A DNA stretch of 61,584 nucleotides from Octopus bimaculoides (taxonomy: Eukaryota), in assembly GCF_001194135.2 (NCBI RefSeq), contig NC_068992.1:46371226-46432809 (forward strand), in the 5' to 3' direction. Below, piece by piece: positions 38,750 to 52,527 of the stretch; position 1 is the stretch's first letter, and every line of letters begins with the position of its first letter. The notes under the pieces are model-generated. The model saw only the letters and a program-made list of their open reading frames with translations, had not been told where the DNA came from and ran no database searches. The translations under genes and the position numbers were made by a program.

Positions 38750-38845
38750 AGAGCGAAGGGTTGGATGCGTTGCGGTATCTGTTCCAACGCTGAGTTCAAA
38801 TCCTGCATAAGTGTCAGTTTTATCCTTCCGAAGTCTACAAAACTG
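38750..38845 (+). mobile_element. Degenerate SINE 5' half
   Basis: gcggtatctgttcc..gctgagttcaaatcctgc..ttttatccttccgaagtc matches the family B-box region. Confidence 0.55.
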
Positions 38846-39034
38846 GCAATTTAGGGTGTTGGATTGGTGGAACTCCAAAGAGTTTTGCAGTATTTGTCCT
38901 GGCTTTTTGAATTTCTCCAGTTCATATCCCACCATGAACTACTGGGAGTTAGACATAATCTGTCACGTAGTTTAATACCATTAACTGGCTCATTGGGTGT
39001 CTTTCAGGAAAAGGAGTCGAACCTTACATCACGT

Positions 39035-39185
39035 GCAATACTTGACTGGAATTTTATTTTAGCAACCCCAAAGGAATGAAGACCAAAGTTGAATTCATCG
39101 GGATTAGAAATCAGAATGTAAAAGAGTGGGAAGAAATAACGCAAGATATGATTTCCGATGTACTAACGATCCTATCGGTCCACCA
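39035..39185 (-). mobile_element. Degenerate SINE
   Basis: actggaattttattttagcaaccccaaaggaatgaagaccaaagttga..attagaaatcagaatgtaaa..ctaacgatcct is the reverse complement of the family head and core. Confidence 0.65.
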
Positions 39186-39569
39186 CCCATAAAACAAAAG
39201 CTATGGTGATGAGTATTGTATTATTACTGGGATTATTCAGTGCTCATATTTCTATAGCTATTGTATAGAGAGTTTAAATATGAATATTTCAAATTGTTTG
39301 AAGGTAAACACTCATACATTCATCATTCAATCCTGAATAAACTAACAATAAATTTAATTTATCTGTATTCATTATTACATTACACAGAAAGTGTGTCTAT
39401 ATTACATTATTGTATGTTGTTGTCAGCTTATTACTGCATTAAATTTGGTATCGTACATCTATCGTAAAATATATCCTTGTAGGCGCTTAAAGCACACATA
39501 CACATATACGTAAATATTCCATTATATACGCAAATATGTGAGTGTGGGTAGTTACATAATACATAAAAT

Positions 39570-39760
<191 letters not shown>

Positions 39761-40164
39761 GAGCGCTTCTGTGAATGCGTGTGTTGGTACATATGTGTGT
39801 CTAAGTATGAATAAATCAATTAATATTATTCCATTACATTTTTATGCTGTGTTTCGGCACCTTGGAACACTATCTACATTCCCGAATAGTTGTGTATATT
39901 GACAATAAATTAAATTGACGTTATTTAATTGAAATAAAAGACATCATCTGACGTACCAAATATTACAATTATAATTAGAATTGGTTAGTCAATTAGATGA
40001 ATTAGATAAACATTGAAGCTGCAACTAGCTTGTATGGCATTACAACATATGATATTTCTAATATTATGTATATATATGAGCGTGTGTTTGTATAATATAT
40101 ACACTCACACACACACATATATATATAGTCGCACATACACACACATACAGACACACACACACAC

Positions 40165-40219
<55 letters not shown>

Positions 40220-40343
40220 AATACATATATATATATATATATACACACATATAATATGTATAGATAAATGTAAGCATACAGACCATGCGAACGTAAAGAG
40301 ATAGCTATAATAGGATAGAATAGGATAGAATAAAAGAAGGTAC

Positions 40344-40386
<43 letters not shown>

Positions 40387-40554
40387 GGGTGTGTTGATAT
40401 CCAAGAAACGCATGTTTCTTTAATTACGGACCCAAGAAGTTCTAAAATGTTAACCACTACGTACGTCTACTTTGTTATTTAATATATTATAAATCTTCTT
40501 GATACCAAGCCACCTAAGGACGTCTTTAGTTTTATAAAGCAAAATCCATTTTCT

Positions 40555-41130
40555 ATAATGATTCAAATGAAAACCATCCATCAAAGTTTTTGCTGTGTAG
40601 TAAATACTATCTTCCTGCGGATTCAGCTGTTTTCATAGATTTTGCGAAAAGCTCGGCAATACCTACTCCGAGGCCTACATCAAGTATTCAAAAAGTTTTC
40701 ATCGTTCTCGACACAATGAAGAAGATCATGTGCAACTGAAACCCGAGTCTTTTTGGTCAGCTGAAGGCAGGTTTGGCAGAAACTTGGCAGACACGCGTTT
40801 CATAACCATATCTTCAGTGATAATGGACTGAAGAGCTGAAAGTATTATCTGCACATCCTATGACAACTTGCGGATGGTGATTCGGCGATTTCCACTGCAC
40901 GCATATCTGCGATGTTTTCCCTCTGTTTTGCTGTTTGCGCGTCTCCGAGGACTTTCGTCACTATCGACATTTTGTCGGCCGTCTTGGAAACCTCAGAAAT
41001 ACTCGCACATACGTGTACGGCTCATACACTCATCTCCATACACCTTCTGCAACTTTGTGTGGGTCTCTTAGCAGGTATCGCTGTGACAACTTTCTCTGTC
41101 ATGGTCAATGCAACGTTCACACGCTACGCA
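40555..41130 (-). mobile_element. Mariner transposase N-terminal (HTH/linker) remnant, irritans-like
   Basis: Minus strand, across frameshifts: QKLQKVYGDECMSRTR..F*GFQDGRQNVDSD..NRRITIRKL..QSIITEDMVMKRVSAKFLP..DQK/TRVSVAHDLLHCVENDENFL. Subfamily inferred from motif likeness. Confidence 0.85.
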
Positions 41131-41852
41131 TCTTTGTTCCAAGCACTGCTGTAAACAGCGGAAGCCAGCTAGAACGTACACAGCAAGGTTCTCGGTTAAT
41201 TTTTGCCAAGTAGCTTCCCTTTGCGTGGTATAGCTTCGTTACTATATCAACATTCTGGATACTTGTTGATGGGACCTCGTCTTTAGTGAAAGTCGTAACT
41301 GATGCATTGTTTAGTCCCAGTATATATGATAAGCGCTAAGACACATAACCACAGGCGTTCCAGATTTTATCGCCACGTCTCTCTTGTGCATTTATAATGT
41401 ACACAATACAAGGATGTGATTTAAGAGCAACTTTTTGCTATGTCTAAGTAGCCATGACGTTACAAAGTGCTTCTCTTTCTGTTTCTTGCTGGTCCTCTTA
41501 CGAAATAAAGACTTGTGTATTCATAGAAAAGTAGGGGCATGGTTCAAAAAGGAAAGAAATGTTTTAAAATAATTTGTAGGATTACGTCGACGATGACGGT
41601 AATAAGGAAGACGATGACGAATGGTGATGATAATGGTGATTGTGATGACGACACGATGATGATAACGAGGATGTGATGGCCACAATAACGATATTTTTAA
41701 GGTAGAGTAACGTACCGAATGGCTTATTTCTTCTTACAGAAAGGAAGGGAGTGCACGCACTTTAGAAATATGTGCTAAACCGTTGAATCCTACTGCACTA
41801 CATTTTTGGTCTCCTTTTGCAATAAGAAAACTAGAATAATCCTAACAGCAAT

Positions 41853-41911
<59 letters not shown>

Positions 41912-42138
41912 TGTATGTATATATGTATGTACGTATGCATATATACATACGCACATACATTTATATATATATATGTTTGCATGCACGTTCACATATTTAA
42001 ATATAAATGTATTATATATGTTTAAGTGTATGTATGTGTGTTTGTAGAAATATTTACCTATGTATGTAGATGTAACCTCACAAACATATGCACAAACATA
42101 TGTACACATATATGTATGTATGTTAGAACGTATGTTTG

Positions 42139-42185
<47 letters not shown>

Positions 42186-43489
42186 TGTGTAAAACCAGTC
42201 GTAGATATTATCTACAACAATCCAGCCTCCACTGAATAAAGAAGTTTGAAACGTTGCAACAAGCCTTTTATTCATATATTCCATAAAATAGATTGCTCCC
42301 TGTGAGCCTTGAATCCTTATGTCTCTATGTCATTGAGAGAAAAGAAAAAGGAAAAAAAAAATGGTCATCTTTAAGTTTGCTTTCAACAGCTCAACAATAT
42401 TGATCTTCATCTTCCATACGTGATAATTTTCTTTCTTTTTTATTTGATATATTGCCCGCAGAGAGCTGTTCATCTTACATTTTTTCGCCCTTTTCCTTGT
42501 TTTATTTTTTTCTTTGTTTTAGACAGGGTTTCCATCAAATTCTTTACTCATGAGGAATATTAAGAGTTTTTCATCTATTCCATTTCTTCTTTACTGTTAA
42601 TAGATGTAACAATATTTCTTTCTTTTCTCCTTATATCTATTGTTGTAGACAAAAGCGCACCCAAACGCCACCACAAACGTGGACATGTAAACCTATATAC
42701 ATATACACACATTTATACGTATATATGATACATACATATACACACTTATATATGCAGATATAGAAAGCATACTTCGTATAAGCAAATGCTTATATGTATA
42801 TATATGTGTATAAGTATGTAGATCTGTATGCAAATTTTATATGTAGAAATACTCGAAAATATTTTGAAGCCCAGCGTGTGGCAATATAGACNNNNNNNNN
42901 NATATATGTATGTATGTATGCATGTATGTATGTATGTTTGTATGCATGCATGTATATATATATGTATGTGTATATATATTTATATATATATATTTATACA
43001 TATATATGTGTATATATGTGTTTACTTATAAATATATGCATGCATATATATTTATATAATTGTGTATATATTATATTTGTATAATATATATATATATATA
43101 TTTGTATGTATGTATATACATATATGTCTGTTTAGTATTCTCTTTAACAAATCATTGGAAACCAGGCCTTATGTTCCAATGTATCATAAAATATATATTT
43201 TATGTTCATTGTGAATGTAGAATGTGTAAACTATAAAATGTATTTCAAAAGCGATCCTACTAAAATACTTAAGTTATATGTGGAATAGTGCTTGACTATA
43301 GGAAATTAGCTTTCAGACTCACACACACACGCAGGCACACGTGCCCATACATGCACACACACACATACTCACACAACACACGCACACAGTCACAGTCTGT
43401 CACACATACACAAATATGTATGGACATAAATATATATACATATGTGTGTGAGTGTGTGCGTGCGCGTGTATATATGACATTGGACTAGC

Positions 43490-44110
43490 CGAAGTCGTAT
43501 AAGTAGCAGCGTGCTTGACTGATAGTAAGAGATGAGAAATCGCAGGAAATCCAAAGGTTTCGTTCGTGAGTTCGTGGAGTTTCAGGAAATTGTTTCGAAG
43601 TTGTTATAGCTCGTTTAGAGTTGTTTTGGGTTGGTTAAATTTCTTGGCAGAGGATCTGGGAATATACCAAGTGGAGGCAGTTGGTTTCTACATCGTTCCG
43701 TGGTACTACATATCACACTATGTTAGTGCACGATACTAAGGTGACATATACAGAAATCACGTTATAAACGTTTCGACGAGTGATACGAAGCTAACGTTGG
43801 TCATTAACAATTTTTTATGATACAACACAATTCATTAATTATGGAAGACCTGTTAGCTGACATATTACAGTTGCAAAAACAGCAGGAACAGGAGTTGCAC
43901 CAAGAACTACAACAGCAACAATTACAACACAATCAGTTACTGGAAATGATGTTGAAGTTCGTTTTCGCCAGATGGTGTAGCGTGGGCGATATCTGTATTT
44001 TGTCATAACCTAGAAGAAGATATAACTTTTTCGGCGTACTTCATAACATAAGAAGAAATCTTCAAGGAAGAATGCAAGTGTTGGACAAATGATGAAAAAG
44101 TGAGACTTAA
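43490..44110 (+). mobile_element. Ty3/Gypsy-type LTR retrotransposon 5' remnant (possible LTR/leader plus gag start)
   Basis: ATG at 43841 opens the Q-rich MEDLLADILQLQKQQEQ..; frameshifted continuation SFSPDGVA..ISVF.HNLEEDITFSAYF..*EEIFKEEC..WTNDEKVRL is typical Gypsy gag. LTR limits not resolved. Confidence 0.7.
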
Positions 44111-45189
44111 AGAGGGGGAAAATGCTACTAAGTATTTTGTATGGTGTTCTAACTAGTCTACCAGGTTGCCGCCTTTCGTATAATCATAATGATATATATA
44201 GAACAGCAAGCGTTATACAAAATACATCAATATATCTTTCAACAAATACCTTAGCATTGTTATTCGTACTTAAATTGTTAAAATATACTCTGTCCATATA
44301 TTTTTGAATGTCTAAAAATATTTACTCATAGTACTGAAGGAAATCAAAAGTAAACAAGCAAAATTAAGTAGAAAAGTGAGCCAAGAAGCATCAGCGACAA
44401 GGTATATCTGTACAATGAATTTTAAACAATAGCAATCATTACAACACCTAAACCACCGACAGAAGGCAAAAACAAAGTTAACATGTTGTACGATTTGTAC
44501 GATGTCATATTGTTTTACTAAAACACATCCGTCAAACGTCTTGTTATTCATCTATGTAAGAATGACAGTTATAATATCAAGAGATTTATTGTTCGTTAAA
44601 GAATTTTGACTGTGGAAACCAATTTTTTTTAATCATATATATATATATTTTACACATACATACTTACTTCCATGCACACGCACGCACACATATATATATG
44701 AGTGTGTCTGTGTGCGTCTGTGCGTATACAACACATATATGTATGTTTATATTTGTGTATCTCTCTCCTCTCTTTCACTCTCTGTGTCTTTCTATATATC
44801 ATATTTTCATGTACATATTTGTTTATATGTCTGTGGCTGAGACTGTGTTATTTATGTACGTGTGTTAAACCTCTCATATGGTGCATATGCATACATCAAT
44901 AAGCACACATCTTTTCGCTCATACGAAAAACGTCTATATATGTGGATGTATATGTTGTGTGTTTATATTTGCCTATATTTATGTTCGTGTATAAATGTTT
45001 GCTTGTGTGTGTGTATACAGGCATGTATAGATATACATGTATACATATCTATTTATTTATTTCTCCAGCTTTCTCTCTCTCTCACTCACTCACTGTCTCC
45101 CCAGTTACATATATANNNNNNNNNNAGTCAATTTATAAACAACAAAATCATATATAAATATATCTTAGCAAGCGTTACGTCATGCCCCC

Positions 45190-45524
45190 TTCTCCTTCTG
45201 TCATATCTTTGATAATATGTGGGAAATTATGAACAATCTTAGCTTCATTGAAACGGTGTATTTCTTCATATATCTTTTATTTATTTCATCCGGTGAGTGA
45301 GAAGTCTTCTTGTCTGTGATAGTTGCAGAAGCAGCATTATGCAAAAACAAAAAGTAATCTTCTTCTCTGTAGCATCCTTCTTTGAAATGAGAAATACGAT
45401 CATTAACTTGACAATCTCCAGAAGGAAAACTCCATTGAAGATCTGTGATAGAATATTAAGACAAAACGAAATTGAAGAATATGGTGAAACAAAAATCTTT
45501 ACTTACGGCTTATTAATAGAATAG
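45190..45524. other. Coding-like island with in-register ORFs on both strands, strand unresolved
   Basis: Plus: MWEIMNNLSFIETVYFFIYLLFISS|gtgagt..ctctgtag|ASFFEMRN..GLLIE*. Minus: acceptor at 45443 then an ~80-codon ORF LQWSFPSGDCQVNDRISHFKEGCYREEDYFLFLH... Confidence 0.35.
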
Positions 45525-45915
45525 TACTAATTATAGCCAACATTATTTAATAAAATGAAGTTTGCTGAGACGTTGATTAAACAATGTTTTTAAACAACAA
45601 TGACAGCGGAGTGATAAATATGCCAGAAGCATTTATTTCAAATTCGGACGTGAATTAACATAAATAATATTTTCTTTACAAATTTGTTAAGACCAAATGA
45701 TGAAATTGCCACAAAATTTAGCATTCTTCGAAACAAAACTTTTACAAGTCTTCAATTTTTTTTTTCTATGAAGCTCTCATTTTCACTCTCTCTCATTCTC
45801 ATTCTCATACTCAGTCTCTTTCTCACCATCTCTCCCCCGCCCTTCACTCTCTCTCTCTCTCTCTCTGTTTATGTACGTATGTATATATATACGTATATCT
45901 GTATACAGTACGTAT

Positions 45916-46013
<98 letters not shown>

Positions 46014-46098
46014 GTGTGTGTAGGATGTTTTTATGAATGCATATACGTACGTACGTACGTACGAACGTATGTATGTATTTATATATATAAGTGTGTAA

Positions 46099-46313
46099 GG
46101 CGGAGAGCTGGTAGAATCGTTAGCACGCCAGGCGTAATGCATAGCGGTATTTCGTCTGCCGCTACGTTCGGAGTTCAATTTCCACCGAGGTCGACTTTGC
46201 CTTTCGTCCTTTTCTCGGTCGAGGAAATAAGTTCCCGTTACGCACTTCGGTCGATATAATCGACTAGCCTCCTTCCCCCAAAATTTTCAAGGCCTTATGC
46301 CTAGAGTAGAAAT
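46099..46313 (+). mobile_element. Full-length tRNA-type SINE, third 3'-tail variant
   Basis: ggcggagagctggtagaatcgttagcacgcc..ggagttcaatttcc..ggtcgatataatcgactag, tail ccttatgcctagagtagaaa. Confidence 0.88.
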
Positions 46314-46473
46314 TATGTATGTAGGTATGTATGCACGTACTCACGTATGTGGAGAGTGATCTTCGTTAAACAATCTGCAGGATGAAAAACAATCTGTGAA
46401 AGGATGGATGGACTCAGTAAAATCAACGGCTAACACCTAGAAACACCTAATCTTTGTTTATCCACCTCTCTAG

Positions 46474-46543
46474 AAGAACGTAATACCAAATAAAACGAGC
46501 CTCGTTGCCAAGCTGGAAAACTTACTCTTGTTTATTTTTGAAG
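46474..46543 (+). CDS. Candidate internal exon (KNVIPNKTSLVAKLENLLLFIFE), product unknown
   Basis: Branch-like cctaat about 25 nt upstream, pyrimidine tract ctttgtttatccacctctctag, donor AAG|gtgaga; one frame open. Confidence 0.3.
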
Positions 46544-47099
46544 GTGAGAGTGTTAGCTGTATTTTTGCAAGCTGTTATAGTCTTCACATTTTAGCACAAG
46601 TATTGCTGACAATCTTTCTTTCTTAACATTCAAGATAAGATAATTTGTCAGTGATAATCACTCTCGTCTAAGTGTTGACATCCACGGTGATGTATGTATG
46701 TATGTATGTATGTATGTATTTCACGTATGTATGTATGTACATATGTATGTATTATGTATGTATGGATGGATGGATGCATGTATGTATGTATGTATGTAAG
46801 TGTGTATGTATAGATGTACGTACTTGCATACATGCATACGGATGTATGCATATGTATGAATGTATGTATATATGTATGCTAACCAGTCGTAAATTCTTTC
46901 TCCGTTCTCCATCCTTCAAGACATTTTCTAAGCTTATACTCACTGTGTTTTGTCCGACAGTTCGTCCTCGTCTGCTGTACTAAATCACGCTCTGCGTCGT
47001 TTTGCTTGGTTTGTTTTATTTTGTTTGCTCTTGTCCCTAATCGTCCGCAATAAAACATTTTTGCGGGCACCGCTAATTAGGAAGTTTTAACTTAATATT

Positions 47100-47142
<43 letters not shown>

Positions 47143-47175
47143 TACACACACACACATACACACACACGCACGCAC

Positions 47176-47239
<64 letters not shown>

Positions 47240-47463
47240 GCAAGATCAGATATTACGTCATAAGCAGAAGTTTAATGTTGTACAAAAGCATTAAACCTCC
47301 ATTCATGAATTGAATGCAACAAAACATATTTGTGGGACGCCTTTAGCAGCAAGTAGACACTCATATAGCTTTTCTATAATAGTCTCTGCTTACTATAAAC
47401 AACATTTACCAATTTTCCTAATATGTGTACGTATATGTGTATACACACACACACACACTCACA

Positions 47464-47543
<80 letters not shown>

Positions 47544-47545
47544 GG
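47100..47545. repeat. Two long (CA)n microsatellites (47100-47235, 47440-47540)
   Basis: Directly visible. Confidence 0.95.
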
Positions 47546-48100
47546 TGTGATCGTGTGCGTCTGTGTGTGTTAATATGGTTGCAGACGAAGACTGGTACAA
47601 CAAATCTATGGCTTACTAAATACAGTTTTGTGTTCTTTAAATTAGGGTTAATCGTTATATGATACATAACTATATTGTAATTATTATATCGCTAAAAGAC
47701 AGTTGATAAGAAGCAGTGAGGCAGGTGACAAATTACAATTGAAACAAGCACCTTGCTGCGTAAGCTAAAAGTTCATTTGAAAGAGATAAATATGTTTACT
47801 TAATTGGATTGCTAGTAAATAGGTGTATAATCAATAACGAGGTTCAAACGCTGTTAAAGGAAATTGTCTATGCCTATACATTATCGCAATTTAATAGTTA
47901 TTATATTAATCAACTTCCAGAGGGGATGTGTAATAGAATGAATTTTTTTAAATGTAGCTTATTCAAATTGCAGTTCTAATCTTTTAGCGCTTGTATATTT
48001 ATGTAACGTTTCTATATTCACAAATATAAAATATATATACGTACACACACGTAATATATATGTGAGGAATATGTATATATATAAATATATATATATATAC

Positions 48101-48138
<38 letters not shown>

Positions 48139-48752
48139 ATATATATATACATTATATATTATATATCTCATACATGTAATGTATATGTGTCTGCATGTGA
48201 GTGTACGTACTAATAACCTTGCAGTACTTTCATTGGTTGAGCTTACATTTTGACTCTAAGTCTCATCAGGTTACCATTGTGAACATTTCCGTGCTTTTCG
48301 GCTAGATGACCGACTTTAGACGAGACAGTTCGGCTTTGAGCCTTCTATCCTTTGGCTAGTATTAATAGAAAGCAGAAAATAATTTGTTCTCTTTTGGGAC
48401 TCTTACTAAAACATTTATCGATATTTCACTATGTCGAATATCCTTAAAAGAACGTGAGAATATTCTGCTGGTTATAAAAGTCAGCTGCCTGAGTATAAGA
48501 TAATAAAATAAAGAAAATGTTAATATAGATATGAATTGATTTTGTATAAGTGACATTTTATTTTTACCGCTTGTATACGTGTTTCATTTTGACTAACCAC
48601 ATTTAGAGTTTAAAAGGGAAAAGAAATGCTGTTATTACCTTCGCTTCTAACAGCTTGTGAACTCTTGCCTCCGTTTCTTCAAGACACGTGAATGTCTCTC
48701 ACTTGTACTAAATTTAGTCTGTTTGACTTTTATATCGACAGGACAAATCACT

Positions 48753-48956
48753 CTAACGCTTTCCTTCTACCAATATCACAAAAACAATGTTGTACGGACC
48801 TGACTCTCCTCTCGACTGTCTCAAATCCCGATATTTGTCGAAGAAAATAAGAAAACGTTTAGTGACTGCTATGTCGATCAATTCAAAATTATGTAGGCCA
48901 TATACTTTTCGTCTTTGCTTCTGATTATAATCTGTCAGGACTCGTGTGACATTCAA
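48753..48956 (-). CDS. Candidate terminal exon, 67 aa ending VEGKR*; possible propeptide
   Basis: Acceptor tattttgttccag, open frame with RRK, KR and terminal GKR. No homology recognised. Confidence 0.2.
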   Translation of the reverse strand: MNVTRVLTDYNQKQRRKVYGLHNFELIDIAVTKRFLIFFDKYRDLRQSRGESGPYNIVFVILVEGKR

Positions 48957-50918
48957 CTGGAACAAAATACGTAATCACGTTATCTCTTTCTGCCAAAGTG
49001 TTTATTTTAACACTTTTTTCTACAACACAAATTACCCAGCTTTATATATTCATTCTTTCTCAGTACATTGTACCAGATTCGAACATGAATACCTAATGGT
49101 ATTTACTTTTTGACATCAGAGAATATTTCTTTTTTCTAAATGATGTGTTAATAACGTTCGATTCATTGGTAAGAGGGGAATTTAAAATTCTTGTCGGTGT
49201 TTCAAACCTATGTGTTTCCTCAGACAAATCCACTCTTGAATTAATTGATCTAACAAGAGCGCAGGAACCGTTTATTGTTATTTTTGTTTATAGATATCAA
49301 CAAATAAATTATATGCTGATGCTTGCTGGTGTCTGAGAAACGTTTAATAGTTCAAGAAGAATAAGCAAGGCAAAAATTAAAAAAAAATAAGTAATAACCT
49401 ATTCATTCATTCTCAATACGATCCAACTGATTCGATTCGAACTTAAATAGTCTGATAGCTGTTGTACATTGTCATCAGAAGTAATCTCTTTTATTTAGAG
49501 GATAGCTGTTCATAACACACGTGATCCATTGATGCAAGGATACATGCATCAAAATCCATCAACATCAATGAAACCCATAGAAATTCACTTTCAAATTTTC
49601 TGAATATATTGAAAACGAATACATATGTTATTGTTCAGACTTGCTCTTTTGCGTGCACCTTCTGGATTATTTTTCAAGAAGCATTTATGTAAAAGTTTCT
49701 TTTGCGAGATGTATTAAATTGATGTCTGCTAAATTTCTCGCTTTCATTCCTCTTATTTTTGAAATGTGTACTGATCAACTTCTCGTACTGAATAATTGTT
49801 CAAATAAGATTTCCACCCGAATTCAACTTCTCCTCTTATGTGAAATATCAGGAAAAAATTATACATATCATTAATATCGTTGTTGTTTCTGAATATTCTC
49901 TTAATTAGAATTTCACGCAGTTATAATTCCTGTACTTGGTTACATTTGGCCCGTGTTTAAGTGACAATCCAAAGAAGTTCAGAATTTCGGTCAAAGAAAG
50001 AATTAAGTCATTACAGACATTTTTTTAAGTACAACATGTAATCAGATCAATAAAATATGAAAAACATTTATAAAAATCAAATGCAGGTAGATGTTTCTGT
50101 TTGCTTTTGTTCTGTTAAGAAACCAACCATTTCGTTTCTAGAAAGAATTCCAGTCTTTAAATTTAGAAACATTAAAAGATAATTACACAAGCTATCGGTC
50201 AGTGTGATCGATCTCAGATCTCTGGGGCTGTGAAAGAAATTTTAACCATACAGCCACGCCTGAATCTACGGAGTCTAGCTTAACAGAGTCTAGCTTAACT
50301 GTATCTCTGCACAAATGTTTTCAGTTTTTTTCCTGCATAATTCAATTTCCTTTGTGAGTGATAGTCATACAACATACGTCCACAGGTAAATGCACACGGC
50401 CTGCAGGAAACATTACTGAATTAGACTGATACTATAATGAGGTCTTTCGAAAATACGTAAAAGATTAGCTGCAAATGTAAATCTCTATGTTTAATAGCCT
50501 AGAGGTGATTTTTTTTTTTTACCTATTACTTCCTAAACAACAACGTTTTACTATGATTAAATATGCTTATGTAAACTAGTACCAGGTAGATTTTGTAGGT
50601 GATGTTTGAGAAAATATCAAGTTAAATTCTGTAGGTGATGGTAGCAGGAATATGAAGCAAGAATTTTGGAACGTTTGTCAGATAAATCAACTAAGATTTC
50701 GTAATGCACATAACGTATTTACAGCTCTAAATTGACAAGAGGCAATGTGGTGCTAAAGTGCATCATTAATGACTTCTCGCTGTAGTTTTACAATTTTCTA
50801 AATACAGAAACTATATATAATCTTCTTAACTACTTATCGCATCGAGTTCTTTTTTCTCCTGTTTGTAAGCACAGATACATATACACATATAAACATGAAC
50901 ACACATATTGATATAGGC

Positions 50919-50965
<47 letters not shown>

Positions 50966-51742
50966 NNNNNNNNNNNNNNNNNNNNNNNNNNNNNNNNNNN
51001 NNNNNNNNNNNNNNNNNNNNNNNNNNNNNNNNNNNNNNNNNNNNNNNNNNNNNNNNNNNNNNNNNNNNNNNNNNNNNNNNNNNNNNNNNNNNNNNNNNNN
51101 NNNNNNNNNNNNNNNNNNNNNNNNNNNNNNNNNNNNNNNNNNNNNNNNNNNNNNNNNNNNNNNNNNNNNNNNNNNNNNNNNNNNNNNNNNNNNNNNNNNN
51201 NNNNNNNNNNNNNNNNNNNNNNNNNNNNNNNNNNNNNNNNNNNNNNNNNNNNNNNNNNNNNNNNNNNNNNNNNNNNNNNNNNNNNNNNNNNNNNNNNNNN
51301 NNNNNNNNNNNNNNNNNNNNNNNNNNNNNNNNNNNNNNNNNNNNNNNNNNNNNNNNNNNNNNNNNNNNNNNNNNNNNNNNNNNNNNNNNNNNNNNNNNNN
51401 NNNNNNNNNNNNNNNNNNNNNNNNNNNNNNNNNNNNNNNNNNNNNNNNNNNNNNNNNNNNNNNNNNNNNNNNNNNNNNNNNNNNNNNNNNNNNNNNNNNN
51501 NNNNNNNNNNNNNNNNNNNNNNNNNNNNNNNNNNNNNNNNNNNNNNNNNNNNNNNNNNNNNNNNNNNNNNNNNNNNNNNNNNNNNNNNNNNNNNNNNNNN
51601 NNNNNNNNNNNNNNNNNNNNNNNNNNNNNNNNNNNNNNNNNNNNNNNNNNNNNNNNNNNNNNNNNNNNNNNNNNNNNNNNNNNNNNNNNNNNNNNNNNNN
51701 NNNNNNNNNNNNNNNNNNNNNNNNTACATACATACACACGTG

Positions 51743-51774
<32 letters not shown>

Positions 51775-51941
51775 CACAGACACACATATAAATGAATTAT
51801 TCTCAACTCTGTTTTTAACAGTCCTATATGTGTGTGAGTGTGTATCTGTGTATGAAAGTATGTGTTTGAGTGTAACATGTTCTTTTATTATATAGCTATT
51901 AGCCTGTTGTGCTTAATTCTGAACAACACAATCCCAGTATG

Positions 51942-52225
51942 ATACAATTATTTCACCTCAACCAGCCCCGATCTCTTTAACATAACACCAAAACACATCA
52001 AAAGAGAAACTAACCCCACAAAGTTCAAGAGGTTTTTGGACAACTTCCTTCAAGAAATACCGGATAAACCTCCTACACCCGGATATGTCTCCGTAAACAA
52101 TAACTCTCTACCTGAGTGGGCCATGGTGTCGAAATCGTTATTTGAATGATGCTATTAAGTGGTGCTTTTAAGTTAGACATGGCCTGAGTCAATATTGGCC
52201 AAAAACTATCAAATTATCAAAGTAT
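51942..52225 (+). mobile_element. CR1/L2-group LINE 3' end
   Basis: PDLFNITPKHIKRE...KFKRFLDNFLQEIPDKPPTPGYVSVNNNSL (FN.LP..FK..LD.FL..IPD.P..GY..NSL pattern), short UTR and tatcaaa-type tail. Confidence 0.8.
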
Positions 52226-52485
52226 ATGTATGTATGTATGTATAAATATATACACATACACATATCAAAGTTTTTATTTTCTTTTTCAGGTTATATAAAA
52301 ACAATATTAAATTGAAAGTGTACTGAACATATTTTAGTTCAGTATATAATTATCCATTTTTGCAATGAAGCGTTTAAGAATGAGTTCGAATTTTCGACTT
52401 CCTCGACATTAGCAGAATGCACACACGCGCACACACTGATATCTATATGTAAGTATGTATGTATGTATGCATGTATGCATGTATG

Positions 52486-52527
<42 letters not shown>

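Noticed and set aside
40826-40850. Hammerhead core CTGAAGA..GAAA
   Set aside because: Only 3 nt between the motifs (no stem II) and it lies within mariner coding sequence.
45190-45280. Cytochrome P450 K-helix (EIHRF..PH..KD) on the minus strand
   Set aside because: Resemblance is limited to a few residues, with no PERF or heme-binding motif nearby; kept only as part of the unresolved coding-like island.
49480-49960. Additional LINE RT remnant
   Set aside because: Only faint motif likeness after many stops; not supportable without a profile search.
50271-50299. 14-bp direct repeat gagtctagcttaac as a target-site duplication
   Set aside because: Copies are 1 bp apart with no insert; a simple slippage duplication.
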